NCBI GenBank assembly: GCA_965208125.1
Contig: OZ242320.1
Location: 5,440,001-5,504,000 of the forward strand
Reading direction: 5' to 3'
Length of the DNA: 64,000 nucleotides
Source: Candidatus Latescibacterota bacterium
Lineage (GTDB): Bacteria; Latescibacterota; UBA2968
Position numbers and translations under genes: made by a program. Below, piece after piece: positions 18,396 through 28,136 of the stretch; the first letter of the stretch is position 1; every line of letters starts with the position of its first letter. Below the pieces are notes generated by a model. The model saw nothing but the letters and a program-made list of their open reading frames with translations, searched no databases and was not told the origin of the DNA.

Positions 18396-18823
18396 TACAC
18401 GCCTCCTTCCTGCTTGCCTGCCTGTGCATCGGCAGACAGGCGCAGGTAAGTCTCCCTCGCCTCGATCAGCACGCGCAACTCATCCAACTCCTTCTGCGAA
18501 AGCTCACCTGAATCCACGAGATACGTTGCCAGCGCCCCAAAGGACCCTTCAAACATACGCGACACCAGCGTACGCGTCTCGACTTGCGCCTCATCTTCTC
18601 GCGACAGAGTTGGCGTGTACACATTCACCAGACCGATCTTTTGCCGATTGAGCACACCCTTTTCAAACAGAATATTCATAATCGTCTGCACAGTCGTATA
18701 AGCCTTCTCGCCATTGGGATACAGATAATCGATAACATCGCGCACCGTAACCTGACGGTCGAGATGCCATATGCCATCCATCACTTCCCACTCGGCCTCA
18801 GATAGTCGTTTTTTTGTAGCCAT
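18395..18823 (-). CDS. BlaI/MecI/CopY family repressor (copy 1, with 14-aa insertion)
   Basis: LSEAEWEVMDGIW, AYTTVQTIMNILFEKG, MFEGSFGAL; TAATG coupling to the M56 gene. Confidence 0.95.
   Translation of the reverse strand: MATKKRLSEAEWEVMDGIWHLDRQVTVRDVIDYLYPNGEKAYTTVQTIMNILFEKGVLNRQKIGLVNVYTPTLSREDEAQVETRTLVSRMFEGSFGALATYLVDSGELSQKELDELRVLIEARETYLRLSADAQAGKQEGGV
18409..18450 (-). repeat. 42-nt palindromic element inserted in frame in blaI copy 1
   Basis: Absent from copies 2 and 3; on the mRNA strand forms the hairpin CCTGC-GCCTGTCTG-CCGATGCA-CAGGCAGGC-AA-GCAGG. Confidence 0.8.
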
Positions 18824-18852
18824 AAAACACCCCTTGAAAAATTCATGCCAGA

Positions 18853-18896
18853 TACTAATCTTTTAGTAGTATGTCGAATATAGCAGAAAAAGTCAA
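18853..18896 (-). promoter_or_regulatory. Sigma70 promoter with adjacent putative BlaI operator (copy 1)
   Basis: TTGACT-17-CATACT; palindrome TACTAA-N4-TTAGTA at 18853-18868. Confidence 0.75.
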
Positions 18897-18947
18897 GCGA
18901 AAATCTCATTCCGCCACAGAGTACACCAACTATAAGTGCCGAATATT

Positions 18948-19045
18948 AAAAAGCCGACGTACAAACATCGGCTTTTTCTAATCTATCAAATGTCTAAAAA
19001 TCAAAAGGCGATAGTCAAACTCATAGATGCAGACTCAAAAACCGC
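18948..19045 (-). repeat. Diverged direct repeat of 20216-20313 (3' end of the TPR/DUF5683-like gene plus its terminator)
   Basis: Encodes AVFESASMSLTIAF* versus AVFEPAPMSLTIAF* and carries the same GCCGACG...CAAAC(A/G)TCG hairpin. Confidence 0.85.
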
Positions 19046-19046
19046 T

Positions 19047-19949
19047 TTAAGTAATTATAATACGTCGCGGACCGATTGTCCTGCTCGCTGGTAAAACGGG
19101 CGCAGCCAGAAAAGGTGTGGTGCGATCACTGAGTTCATAAAGCGCCTGAACGCGTTCCTCTGTGGGTGGATGTGTGCGAAGCCAGCGCGGACTGGTCTTA
19201 GCATCGGATGTATAAATAAATCGAAAACGGCGTTGTAAGTGGGAAAAATAACGATTTGCCTGTTCCAATTTAATCAAGGCATTGCCCAAACCACCGGGAT
19301 CGCCAGTGAGCATCGCAGCATCGCGATCAGCGAGAAATTCTCGCGTACGCATCAGGGTTGCATGAAGAAAAATAGCGCCATAAGGTGCGAGGCTAATGAG
19401 CAAGATCAAAGGGATCAGATTTGTACCAATACTTAACCACGCGCCAGAGATGATAAGCAGAAAGACCAGAATGCCAAACAAAGTCGAAAGAAAAGATATG
19501 GCTTGCACAAATAGTCCAGCAGAAAGATTTAACAGGCTATCTCGGTTTTTAAGATGTGCAAATTCGTGTGCGAGAACACCTGCGATCTCACGTTTATCGA
19601 GCAATCTCAGCAACCCGGAACTGAGAGCCACAACGCCATTGCCAATGCCGAGCGCAAAGGCATTGGGCATATCCGAAGGATATATCGCAAGGCTGGGCGT
19701 CGAAATATTTGCTCGCGCGGCAAGGGCTTTTGAAATGTGGTGCAACTCTGGCATTTCCCATTCTGAAATCGGACGTGCGCGATGAAAGGAGAGGATCATC
19801 CGCGCAGATCCACTCACAGAAAACAGGTTGAATATGAGACTACCAGCGATAATAAGTACAACGCCAGTCCAGCCAAAAAGGGAATAAGCCACGAGGGCAA
19901 AAAGCCCCACGATACCTGCGAGTATTGCGAGGGATTGGAAGCGATACAT
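19047..19949 (-). CDS. htpX: Zinc metalloprotease HtpX (M48 family)
   Basis: MPNAFALG, VALSSGLL, EIAGVLAHEFAHLKNRD, RTREFLADRDA, LRTHPPTEER. Confidence 0.88.
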   Translation of the reverse strand: MYRFQSLAILAGIVGLFALVAYSLFGWTGVVLIIAGSLIFNLFSVSGSARMILSFHRARPISEWEMPELHHISKALAARANISTPSLAIYPSDMPNAFALGIGNGVVALSSGLLRLLDKREIAGVLAHEFAHLKNRDSLLNLSAGLFVQAISFLSTLFGILVFLLIISGAWLSIGTNLIPLILLISLAPYGAIFLHATLMRTREFLADRDAAMLTGDPGGLGNALIKLEQANRYFSHLQRRFRFIYTSDAKTSPRWLRTHPPTEERVQALYELSDRTTPFLAAPVLPASRTIGPRRIIIT

Positions 19950-20268
19950 TTTGATCTCCAGAGGGGTGGTGAATAGTTTGCTCCGGCTTTACCGAAATGA
20001 GAGAGCTAAAAAGGTTACTACCCTCAAATTATGCAAAGATCGTGCCTGAAATACCAATATGAATAAGATACTATTAATAAAAACCTTATGTTTTGAAGTA
20101 TGGAAGAAGATACAGAGGCGAATGCCAATATGACGGATCGAAATGGCAAAGAGTAAAAACGGCAGGACAAAATGTCGAGATTTTTGACTGATATACGCCT
20201 CAAAGTACCGCACACAAAAAAGCCGACGCGCAAACGTCGACTTTTTTAATCTAACCACTTTCAAAAAA

Positions 20269-21030
20269 TCAAAAAGCGATAGTCAAACTCATGGGTGCAG
20301 GTTCAAAAACCGCGCTATCGAACAAATTCAGAATCCAAATCGCACTGAGGACACCGATCAGAATATTCACCCGTTTTTCGCTGGACCTGGCCTCTCGATG
20401 GCGCGCCTCCCACTCGGTATAGCGCGTCCCATCATCATTTGGATATCGCTGATTTACATGGTGATCTATATTCGTCTGGTTGTAGCGATTGCGGGCAATC
20501 CGAAAATTTCGATACTGCAACCCCAGTACGCCAGATGTCGCAATCGCCGCACCGAGAAATGCATATCCCTTTTTCTTGTATCCCCGGTAAAACTGACCCC
20601 ATCCGGGAACAGGCAAAGACCGCATCGCAGCAAACAGGCGTTTGGTCTTCAGGCGGCGTGCCGCCTCCTCATTACGCAACAAAGCCCACCAAAACGTGCC
20701 GGGATTTGCATTTTCAAAATATCCCCGTTCCAATCGGTTATTCAATACAAACGCCTCTCGAAATGCCCAATCAGCATGCAGAGAATCCCCCGCCGCGAAA
20801 TAACAACAGCCGAGATCATAGAACAGACGCGCACGCGAATCTCGATTCATCGGCGTCAGTTTCGGTGAGAGTTGCGCCACACCCGGCACAGCCAACAAAT
20901 ACCCTATTGCACCTTCATAATCGCCCTGTTTGTAGCGGATCTCGGCCTCTCGAACATAAGGCGGAACATCCTCAGCACCTGCAATACCAAAAGCACCGAT
21001 AAGCGCGACAAAAACAAAAAGCCTCATCAT
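20269..21030 (-). CDS. Exported TPR protein with DUF5683-like C-terminus
   Basis: Signal peptide, TPR-like helices (LFYDLGCCYFAAGD), AMRSLPVPGWGQFYRG and IWILNLFDS motifs. Confidence 0.7.
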   Translation of the reverse strand: MMRLFVFVALIGAFGIAGAEDVPPYVREAEIRYKQGDYEGAIGYLLAVPGVAQLSPKLTPMNRDSRARLFYDLGCCYFAAGDSLHADWAFREAFVLNNRLERGYFENANPGTFWWALLRNEEAARRLKTKRLFAAMRSLPVPGWGQFYRGYKKKGYAFLGAAIATSGVLGLQYRNFRIARNRYNQTNIDHHVNQRYPNDDGTRYTEWEARHREARSSEKRVNILIGVLSAIWILNLFDSAVFEPAPMSLTIAF

Positions 21031-21040
21031 ACTCTCCCGA

Positions 21041-22573
21041 TCAATTTGGATTTTCTTCGGCAAAACGCACTAATGACGCGGGCACGCTCTTAAATAGAAC
21101 AATATGATTTTGTGCATCCCATACATACACATCTTCAAACTCAGAAACAGCCAAACCCGCAGAATGCAAAATTAGATTATCCAAACCATCCCACTGCAAT
21201 ACGGATTGCCCGTCAGCATTAAAAACCATAACCCGATCTCGAGCCAGTACAAATACAGCATTAGGACCGCTGCCAACCCACACAGCAAAAACACCAGTGG
21301 GTAGCACAACCTCTTCCCAAACAGGATGCGAATTCAGGTGGCGCGTATCTGTTCGAAACACCTCTCCCTGTGTCGTCACCATCCAGATATCAGATCCCAA
21401 AACCGAAAGACTTCGGATCGCGCCTTCAATGCCTGTCTCATAAGAGCCAAGTTGGACAATAGTATCTCTATCAAATGCAAACATCCTTAAAATCTGTTCA
21501 ACACCTGTCCAAATTGTACCATCAGATGCAACCGCCATCACAGTAGGTAACTCAGAATCCGCAATGCGCCAGTCCTCGTATTGCCAGGAAATCGCAGAAA
21601 CACCATTCTGAAACGCAGAAAGTTGAACCTCTTTCGTCTCAGATAAGATACCGCTGAGCAGAACAACAGGAGATCCGGCAGAAATCGCAGCAACAGAAAG
21701 AGACCTCAATCGCAACCTTGCGCGGTTGGGCACGGGCAGCACGCGAGGATCACCCACATATCCCCTCTGATTGAGATCGCGCACGGAAATGGCATCGGAT
21801 GTAGCGAGCAACGCTATGGCGGGACTTCCAAAAGTAGCAGGCGTCAAAGCCACAAACACATTCGGTGATTCAACAATATTAAAATCAAGTCTCCGTTTAT
21901 ACGGGTGTAGAGACATATCGCGGCTTTCGAGCACCACATCGCGATCCATTGTATTCCGCAAGCGATACGTATATTTGCGGTTGCCCTCTATGAGCACATC
22001 GGTAAAACTCGCAACTGCGGGATCTTCAGACCGAAAAATTACCTGCGCCGCCGCATCATCTACAGAACGCAACAACTCATAGCGACGGAGAACGCCTGCT
22101 GGCAAATGCCAGTTGACAGTCGCTGTCCCCTTTTCGAGCAAAAAATGAATCGTTTCTAATCGCGCCCCGGGAATTTGCACCTCACCTGCAGGTGCTTCTG
22201 CTGACCGCAACCTGGCGGTTTCCGTACGCAGGATATAATTGTACTTTTCGCCAGCATGGATGGCAGAATCCACTATTGACATCATATCCCACACATCCGC
22301 ACGGCGGTTCGCTTCCCGCAAGGGCGCAGGCAAATTTTGCCATGAAAACGTATGAATACCATCGCGCTCAACGCGCCAGATTTGATAGCGCGCCGCAGGT
22401 TCAATACCCAGATATTCCCACTTGATTATAACGGCATTCTGATCCTGGTCATATCTCAAATCAAGAGGGTACACAATCGGCGAATTGGCCGGGTCATAAA
22501 CGAGATCACGTCGCGTATTACACCCGGCGAACAGCAAAAGACACAAGAAAAAATATGTGAGACTATTTCCCAT
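21041..22573 (-). CDS. Lipoprotein with FN3-like domains and a C-terminal beta-propeller
   Basis: Lipobox LFAGC; FTDVLIEGNRKYTYRL FN3 motif; propeller-like blades (GLAVSEFEDVYVWD). Confidence 0.65.
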   Translation of the reverse strand: MGNSLTYFFLCLLLFAGCNTRRDLVYDPANSPIVYPLDLRYDQDQNAVIIKWEYLGIEPAARYQIWRVERDGIHTFSWQNLPAPLREANRRADVWDMMSIVDSAIHAGEKYNYILRTETARLRSAEAPAGEVQIPGARLETIHFLLEKGTATVNWHLPAGVLRRYELLRSVDDAAAQVIFRSEDPAVASFTDVLIEGNRKYTYRLRNTMDRDVVLESRDMSLHPYKRRLDFNIVESPNVFVALTPATFGSPAIALLATSDAISVRDLNQRGYVGDPRVLPVPNRARLRLRSLSVAAISAGSPVVLLSGILSETKEVQLSAFQNGVSAISWQYEDWRIADSELPTVMAVASDGTIWTGVEQILRMFAFDRDTIVQLGSYETGIEGAIRSLSVLGSDIWMVTTQGEVFRTDTRHLNSHPVWEEVVLPTGVFAVWVGSGPNAVFVLARDRVMVFNADGQSVLQWDGLDNLILHSAGLAVSEFEDVYVWDAQNHIVLFKSVPASLVRFAEENPN

Positions 22574-25500
22574 ATCGAAACACAATTTCCTTTGCGACTT
22601 GCATATGTGCATTTAAGTCTTCCACGACAATTTTCACCCGGTTACGCCCCTGTTTGGCCTTTGTCAGATCGACAAACTGATAGATCTGTACGCTCGGCTG
22701 CATATCCACCTGTTCAAACGACATCGACACTTCGGGATTGACCTCCTGCCCAGTCAACAGCATTCGTAAACCCTCTACCTGTTCCAAAGCCGCAATCTGA
22801 ATCGTGACGCGATAGCGCGTCTGTCCAAATGCATCTGTCATCAGATTATAAACTTCAAAATACAACCCCATCTTCTGCCCGGCGAGAAATGCACGGGTGG
22901 GCAAAGGCAATACCCGCAAATTCTTTCGGCGAAAAGAGTCATCCACATCCGTCTCATCAATCTGCGCTGCCAGTATCGGGTCACTAATCTGCAATTCCGA
23001 ATCGCCATAAGGCTCAACCGCAATAACCTGCCGCAACAAACTGACGCGATTGGCACTGGCATTCTCTGCCTTCACCGTCAAATAATAAGTGCCGGGCGGT
23101 ACGGGTAAGGTCAACAAATCGGTCAGCATAGCATTCGAATCAGACAGACTGGCTTTTCGTGCAACTGTTCGACTCGTGCGAAATGTGCGGTTTGCGGCCG
23201 AATCGTACAGCGCAATAGCCAGCGTCAAATCACCTCTGCCAATTTTCTCTACATCCAGCGGAAAACCATAGACCACATCCACCCGCGTCTTGAAATCCGC
23301 CCCTCGCGCATCGGCCACATCGTAATAAAATTCCAACTCGCGCGTTTGCCACCACGGTCGGTATTGCTCTGGCATCTCGCCCACAGCCTGCATATAAACC
23401 GTTTCCGGCGCATTTTCCTGAATCCGCGTTATGGACCGCATCCCCAGCGGCTGGCGCAGCGGAATCGGCGCGAAATTAAAATGTCCCGACCCCATCTCAT
23501 CCGTAAATGTAATCTCCATCCCCCCGCCAACCGTCACATACACCCACGATTCCCAGGGGACGAGACTATTATCTTCCGCAGACGTGACGGGCAAATAACC
23601 ATCGCCCAGAATGTGAGAAATCCCAGATCCTCTCCTCGACATCAGATCAAACGAATCGGCGAACATCGCACGCGAACTCCGCACAGGAAACACTGTGCCC
23701 ACGAGTTCGCCTTCGTGTGGACGCGTGTACAACTGCGCGTACAACTCGTCTTTCACCTGCTGCACTGCAACGCTCATCACCCCGGGCGCGCGACCAGACC
23801 GCGAGCGATAATCTGGCTCGCCATAGCGCAAATACACCTCACCTCGCCGATCATAGGGATACGCAGACCCGGCAAAATATTGCCGCGCCATCCACACGCG
23901 CTGATAGTGTTCTTGCAATCGCTCATTCACTTCCGTAGTCGGGTCCTGATCCTTTTGTAGCCAAAATCGATCAATAAAATTTTGCTTCTCCGCATCGGCA
24001 AGCGCGTTATAGACTGCACGCTGTTCATCTGACAAAATAGGGGTTGGATCGACGTATAACGCCAACGTCATCGCATCAATCCATTTCAGGAACCGATCCC
24101 AATACACCGAAGCGCGCTCGTACTCCCCTGCCCGATAAGCCCATTGTGCCGCAATAGGCAACAAATTGAGTGCCTGGGGATGGCGTTCGATAAATGGCAA
24201 AATCTGTTGTTCTATCGCCTCCTGATCTTCCATACGCAACAACACAGTTCCCAGCTTTGTGACCGCATCCACATCATCCGGCTCCAATGCCAGATAGCGC
24301 GTATAATACGCGGCGGCTGTTGCATTGTGCTGGGGCAAAGCGTAAAAATCATCGCGCGCAAACCAGTCACCCAGCAACTGATATGGCGCGCTATACGACG
24401 AATCAATCGCAATCGCCCGAGACGCCATATCCACACACTGCCCCGTGCCAATATCAAAATACACCGACGCCATCTGGTAATACAAATCTGCGCGCGTCGT
24501 ATCCGCTTCTAGAGCGCGATAAAAATACGTGACAGCGCGCTGCCGCAGGGCTGGGCGTCGCGCATAAACCCGCCCTAACCCCTCATAAGCCAGTATCTCG
24601 CTATCGTCAAAAGATTCGGCCTCCAAAAATGCCTCTTCAGCATCGCTCAAAAGCCCGCGTTCCAGCGCAACCATACCTCGATTCACCCACCCCGGCCCGT
24701 CTTGCGGCTCCGGCTGATTGGCCCAGGCATCCGTTTGGGCACCCGATTTAACTTTTGCCAACCCTGCGACCAGATCCGTGGCAATAGTCTGCGACAAATC
24801 GTCAAATCGATCCTTGCGCCAGACGCGCCGCGCATTGGCACTGCCCGCCCACAAAATACGCCCAGAAGATGTATCAATCAGCCGCAGGGCAACCCCCACG
24901 GCATTGACCGCATTGTCTTTACCAGCAGCCATCAAACTACCGCATAAAACCGCATCTGCCTTATTCACCAACAACATCCGCTCCGCAGTACTCAGGCGTG
25001 CGCCTATTGGCATATCCAATCCATCAAACAACCCATCGCCTAACATACCCTCTCGGAGCAGTCGCTCATACCCTCCTACCAGCGCTTTCTGCGAAGTGCG
25101 CAATGGCGCGAATACCACCTGCAACGGCCATTCATCTGACCGCATCAGCCTCCCATGCCGATTGGCTTCCTGAAATCCGAGTTGCGCCATCAAATTGCCC
25201 AGTGCGATCTCTCCTATATCGCGCTGGGCATAGATCCACTGCCATTTGACATCATCCCGCGCCTTGCCCATCCAAACAGGTTCCCCAGTGTCCAAATCCA
25301 CAAGCCGCACATGCAATGTGCGCGTTCCGGCTTCAGAAACAAATCCGATCAACGCTCGATCCGCACGAGCCGCTGTTTTCAACAACAATAAATCATCGTC
25401 TTTCAACGCCTGTTTTGTCTCCAATATCCTCTTCATCCGACCCCGTGGAATCGTATCAGGCTCCACGAGTTCAAACCAGCGTCCCTGCCAAGCGGGTATA

Positions 25501-25682
25501 TCCCGATGGCGCATCAACTCATCCACCAATCGGTCAGCCATAAAAACCCCGTAATCGGGATCATTCTCCGACAGCAGCGGAAACACCGCCAGACGGGGAA
25601 CCGCTTCGCGCTGCGGCAACACCGCTTCACACTGCACCGCCACAGAAAACACGAGCAATAGAATTGAAAGAGAATATCTCAT
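22563..25682 (-). CDS. GWxTD-domain protein with N-terminal CsgG/TolB-like domains and TPRs
   Basis: FWLQKDQDPTTEVNERLQEHYQRVWMA...DRRGEVYLRYGEPD; VPWESWVY; C-terminal LQISD/PTRAF/LYFEVYNL. Confidence 0.8.
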   Translation of the reverse strand: MRYSLSILLLVFSVAVQCEAVLPQREAVPRLAVFPLLSENDPDYGVFMADRLVDELMRHRDIPAWQGRWFELVEPDTIPRGRMKRILETKQALKDDDLLLLKTAARADRALIGFVSEAGTRTLHVRLVDLDTGEPVWMGKARDDVKWQWIYAQRDIGEIALGNLMAQLGFQEANRHGRLMRSDEWPLQVVFAPLRTSQKALVGGYERLLREGMLGDGLFDGLDMPIGARLSTAERMLLVNKADAVLCGSLMAAGKDNAVNAVGVALRLIDTSSGRILWAGSANARRVWRKDRFDDLSQTIATDLVAGLAKVKSGAQTDAWANQPEPQDGPGWVNRGMVALERGLLSDAEEAFLEAESFDDSEILAYEGLGRVYARRPALRQRAVTYFYRALEADTTRADLYYQMASVYFDIGTGQCVDMASRAIAIDSSYSAPYQLLGDWFARDDFYALPQHNATAAAYYTRYLALEPDDVDAVTKLGTVLLRMEDQEAIEQQILPFIERHPQALNLLPIAAQWAYRAGEYERASVYWDRFLKWIDAMTLALYVDPTPILSDEQRAVYNALADAEKQNFIDRFWLQKDQDPTTEVNERLQEHYQRVWMARQYFAGSAYPYDRRGEVYLRYGEPDYRSRSGRAPGVMSVAVQQVKDELYAQLYTRPHEGELVGTVFPVRSSRAMFADSFDLMSRRGSGISHILGDGYLPVTSAEDNSLVPWESWVYVTVGGGMEITFTDEMGSGHFNFAPIPLRQPLGMRSITRIQENAPETVYMQAVGEMPEQYRPWWQTRELEFYYDVADARGADFKTRVDVVYGFPLDVEKIGRGDLTLAIALYDSAANRTFRTSRTVARKASLSDSNAMLTDLLTLPVPPGTYYLTVKAENASANRVSLLRQVIAVEPYGDSELQISDPILAAQIDETDVDDSFRRKNLRVLPLPTRAFLAGQKMGLYFEVYNLMTDAFGQTRYRVTIQIAALEQVEGLRMLLTGQEVNPEVSMSFEQVDMQPSVQIYQFVDLTKAKQGRNRVKIVVEDLNAHMQVAKEIVFRYGK

Positions 25683-25835
25683 TTCTGTAAACTTCCTGTC
25701 TTATCTCAAATGGTAAAAGCCATCACCCAACGAGCGGGTACAGATGCCTGTCCCTATATTGCATTGATGAATTGCTATACTGACGTTGCGCGATGCAGGC
25801 ATAGTTATTCCACATAGCGCGAATACGCATGGCAT

Positions 25836-25874
25836 AAAAAACGGCGGTGGTTCTTATGTCCACTGCCGTTTTTT
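25836..25874. terminator. Intrinsic terminator downstream of beta-barrel gene copy A
   Basis: AAAAAACGGCGGTGG-TTCTTATGT-CCACTGCCGTTTTTT. Confidence 0.8.
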
Positions 25875-25898
25875 AATCATTGCAGCCAAATTTAAAAA

Positions 25899-26396
25899 TC
25901 AAAGTCGGAAATTTAATCCAACAGAGAAAGGTTGCTCAAGAATGCCTTCCGCCTTCGCAATGGGAATTGTCCAGAATGTGTTGAGATTCAGCGCAATCCG
26001 CTTATGCAAAGAAATAAGTGTCCCGATCTTTGGCTGAAAGAAAACACCGGTATTTGCAGGGCGATAAATCGTGCCACCCGAAAGCGTATAATAAAACCCG
26101 AACCGTCCCACAATCTTATGAACATTGCGGATACCCACACCAAGCGTAAACTGACGCCCTCCATCTGATTCCCCTGGAAGTTTGATTATCTGATCGCCAC
26201 ATGCCATTGCAACTTCCAGGCCAATAGATGGTTTCAGCCCCAGCACGCCCAATAACTTTACTCGAGATTGGTAACCATCAGCTGGCGAATTTGCAAATTC
26301 TCCCTCTACACCGACATAGTTGTGCTTCATTTCTTCGGCGGTAAGCGGACCGGACAGAAGCATCAAAAATATCAAGAAAAAAAGTAAAGTTTTCAT
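25899..26396 (-). CDS. Small outer-membrane beta-barrel protein (copy A)
   Basis: Signal peptide, amphipathic strands, C-terminal FSVGLNFRL; near-identical to 30332-30829. Confidence 0.7.
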   Translation of the reverse strand: MKTLLFFLIFLMLLSGPLTAEEMKHNYVGVEGEFANSPADGYQSRVKLLGVLGLKPSIGLEVAMACGDQIIKLPGESDGGRQFTLGVGIRNVHKIVGRFGFYYTLSGGTIYRPANTGVFFQPKIGTLISLHKRIALNLNTFWTIPIAKAEGILEQPFSVGLNFRL

Positions 26397-26555
26397 CCTG
26401 GGTTTCTCCTTTTCAGATTCGGCGATTCGGGTTGTCGGACGGTATTTAGGCTGAGATATATACCAATGAGGATTATTCTTTTTAAACCCAGGTATAAGAG
26501 TTAAGTTGAAAAAAATAGAAATGGCACTTCCTGCACAAAAACGACGGAAGACATC

Positions 26556-28136
26556 TTACTGGCCTGCTCTCAACCTGTAATTGGGAGGCGTCTCCAAAAA
26601 GGTCAGTCTTCCCGTCAAATCGAGTACATAAATGCCATTAATGGTATTATAATCTGCGGCATCAATATCTCCTCCCCACATACCCTGTGAATAGAACTCA
26701 CCAGCAATATTGCCGATAGTCACAACCGATTGACCATTTTGGTCAAAAATGAGCACTTCCTTATTTTCAGCATCTAAAACACAGATTTGTTTGTGAACAT
26801 TCATCGCCAACCCTGTGGGACGACGCGGTTTCTCAAACGCTATCTGCGACCATGTTATACCCTGAGCACTCGCATCCGTCTGTCCGACAACCAGTGCTTC
26901 CTCATCTGGATAAGACATCCATAGCGTATGATTTACAGCCAATAGATCATAGGGTTTTGCCTGCATCTCAGTATCCAGGATCCCTTGCTCTTGATATAGT
27001 TTATCGTAAACCCTAATACGGTTATTTCCAAAAACATAGATATTGCCAGACAATCCCAAAGTGATGAGCGTTTGCTGTGCATCAGTGGATACGCGCCAAG
27101 GCTTGATCGGAAGGTCAATAGGCTCAAGGACTGGTTTTTGATTAACAACCTTATACGCGAATACACTCATTTCTAAAGTCGATGTAGGCGCCTTAATAGC
27201 ACTCAACAGGAATAACGGGCGTGAATGAAAACTTCCAGGCCCATCCGTCGATATGGATGTTATACGATACCCATCAAGCGTCAGTATCAAAGGCTCCTGT
27301 TGCACCCATATATGCCCTGCACCAGAGACAAATCTGGTCAGGCTGAGTTCATTATTATTTCGAATCTTTACCAGAGGCTTACCTGGATAAGTACCGACCA
27401 TATCTGTTGCAATACGGGTTGTTTCTGACATGCCTCTCAATTGCTGAACATCGGTTTCAAGATATATACCAGATAAGAGACCCCGGCTATTCAGGGAAAC
27501 CCCATTCTTCATGACGGTTCTTAGAAGATAGGTATAGAGCGTGTTACCCATTATGTTCTCATCCACAAACGTATTTCGCCCAGATGTTGTCGAGCGAAAT
27601 ATCCGCTCTTCGCCGAGGCTTGATTTTCTTATGACCTCAACAGAGGCAACATCGTTATCTACTTCCCAAATCAGTTCAACAGTGGCCGTTGAATGATTGG
27701 ATAACGCATCGATGAAGTTTGCTCCGGGAATTGAAACATCAACCTCCCTTGAAAATTGCAGACGATTGCCCAAACTGACCACGGCAATCCGATACGTATA
27801 ATTTTCTGCCGAAAGCGGTGACGTATCTTTGAAGGACATGACCTCTGGAGCATTTGCATCCGGCCTCAGCCGCCCTATGATTTCGTAATCTTCGGTTCCA
27901 GACTTTCGCTCAATTTTAATCTCTTCGATATTATCGCGCCGGGATAAACTCCACTCCAAAAGAACCTCTCCGCGCTCCAAAGAAAAAGTAGCGTGAAAGG
28001 TAGAAATCCGAGTGTGATCAACAACTGGCGGAGACTCAGGAGATTCAATCCCTTTGCCTTTCCCACAGCCGATTGTATGCACAAAAAACCACAAGGTTAT
28101 CGCACCAAAGAGGAAGATATGGCTTCTTTTCATCAC
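26556..28136 (-). CDS. Lipoprotein with FN3-like domains and NHL-like beta-propeller
   Basis: TIGC lipobox-like motif; FKDTSPLSAENYTYRI and FVDENIMGNTLYTYLL; PTGLAMNVHKQICVLD; same architecture as 21041-22573. Confidence 0.65.
   Translation of the reverse strand: MMKRSHIFLFGAITLWFFVHTIGCGKGKGIESPESPPVVDHTRISTFHATFSLERGEVLLEWSLSRRDNIEEIKIERKSGTEDYEIIGRLRPDANAPEVMSFKDTSPLSAENYTYRIAVVSLGNRLQFSREVDVSIPGANFIDALSNHSTATVELIWEVDNDVASVEVIRKSSLGEERIFRSTTSGRNTFVDENIMGNTLYTYLLRTVMKNGVSLNSRGLLSGIYLETDVQQLRGMSETTRIATDMVGTYPGKPLVKIRNNNELSLTRFVSGAGHIWVQQEPLILTLDGYRITSISTDGPGSFHSRPLFLLSAIKAPTSTLEMSVFAYKVVNQKPVLEPIDLPIKPWRVSTDAQQTLITLGLSGNIYVFGNNRIRVYDKLYQEQGILDTEMQAKPYDLLAVNHTLWMSYPDEEALVVGQTDASAQGITWSQIAFEKPRRPTGLAMNVHKQICVLDAENKEVLIFDQNGQSVVTIGNIAGEFYSQGMWGGDIDAADYNTINGIYVLDLTGRLTFLETPPNYRLRAGQ

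Noticed and set aside
1350-20247. Three related GCCGACG...CGTCGGC hairpins as integron attC sites
   Set aside because: They are flanked by A/T runs at gene 3' ends, lack RYYYAAC/GTTRRRY ends, and there is no integrase. Terminators explain them better.
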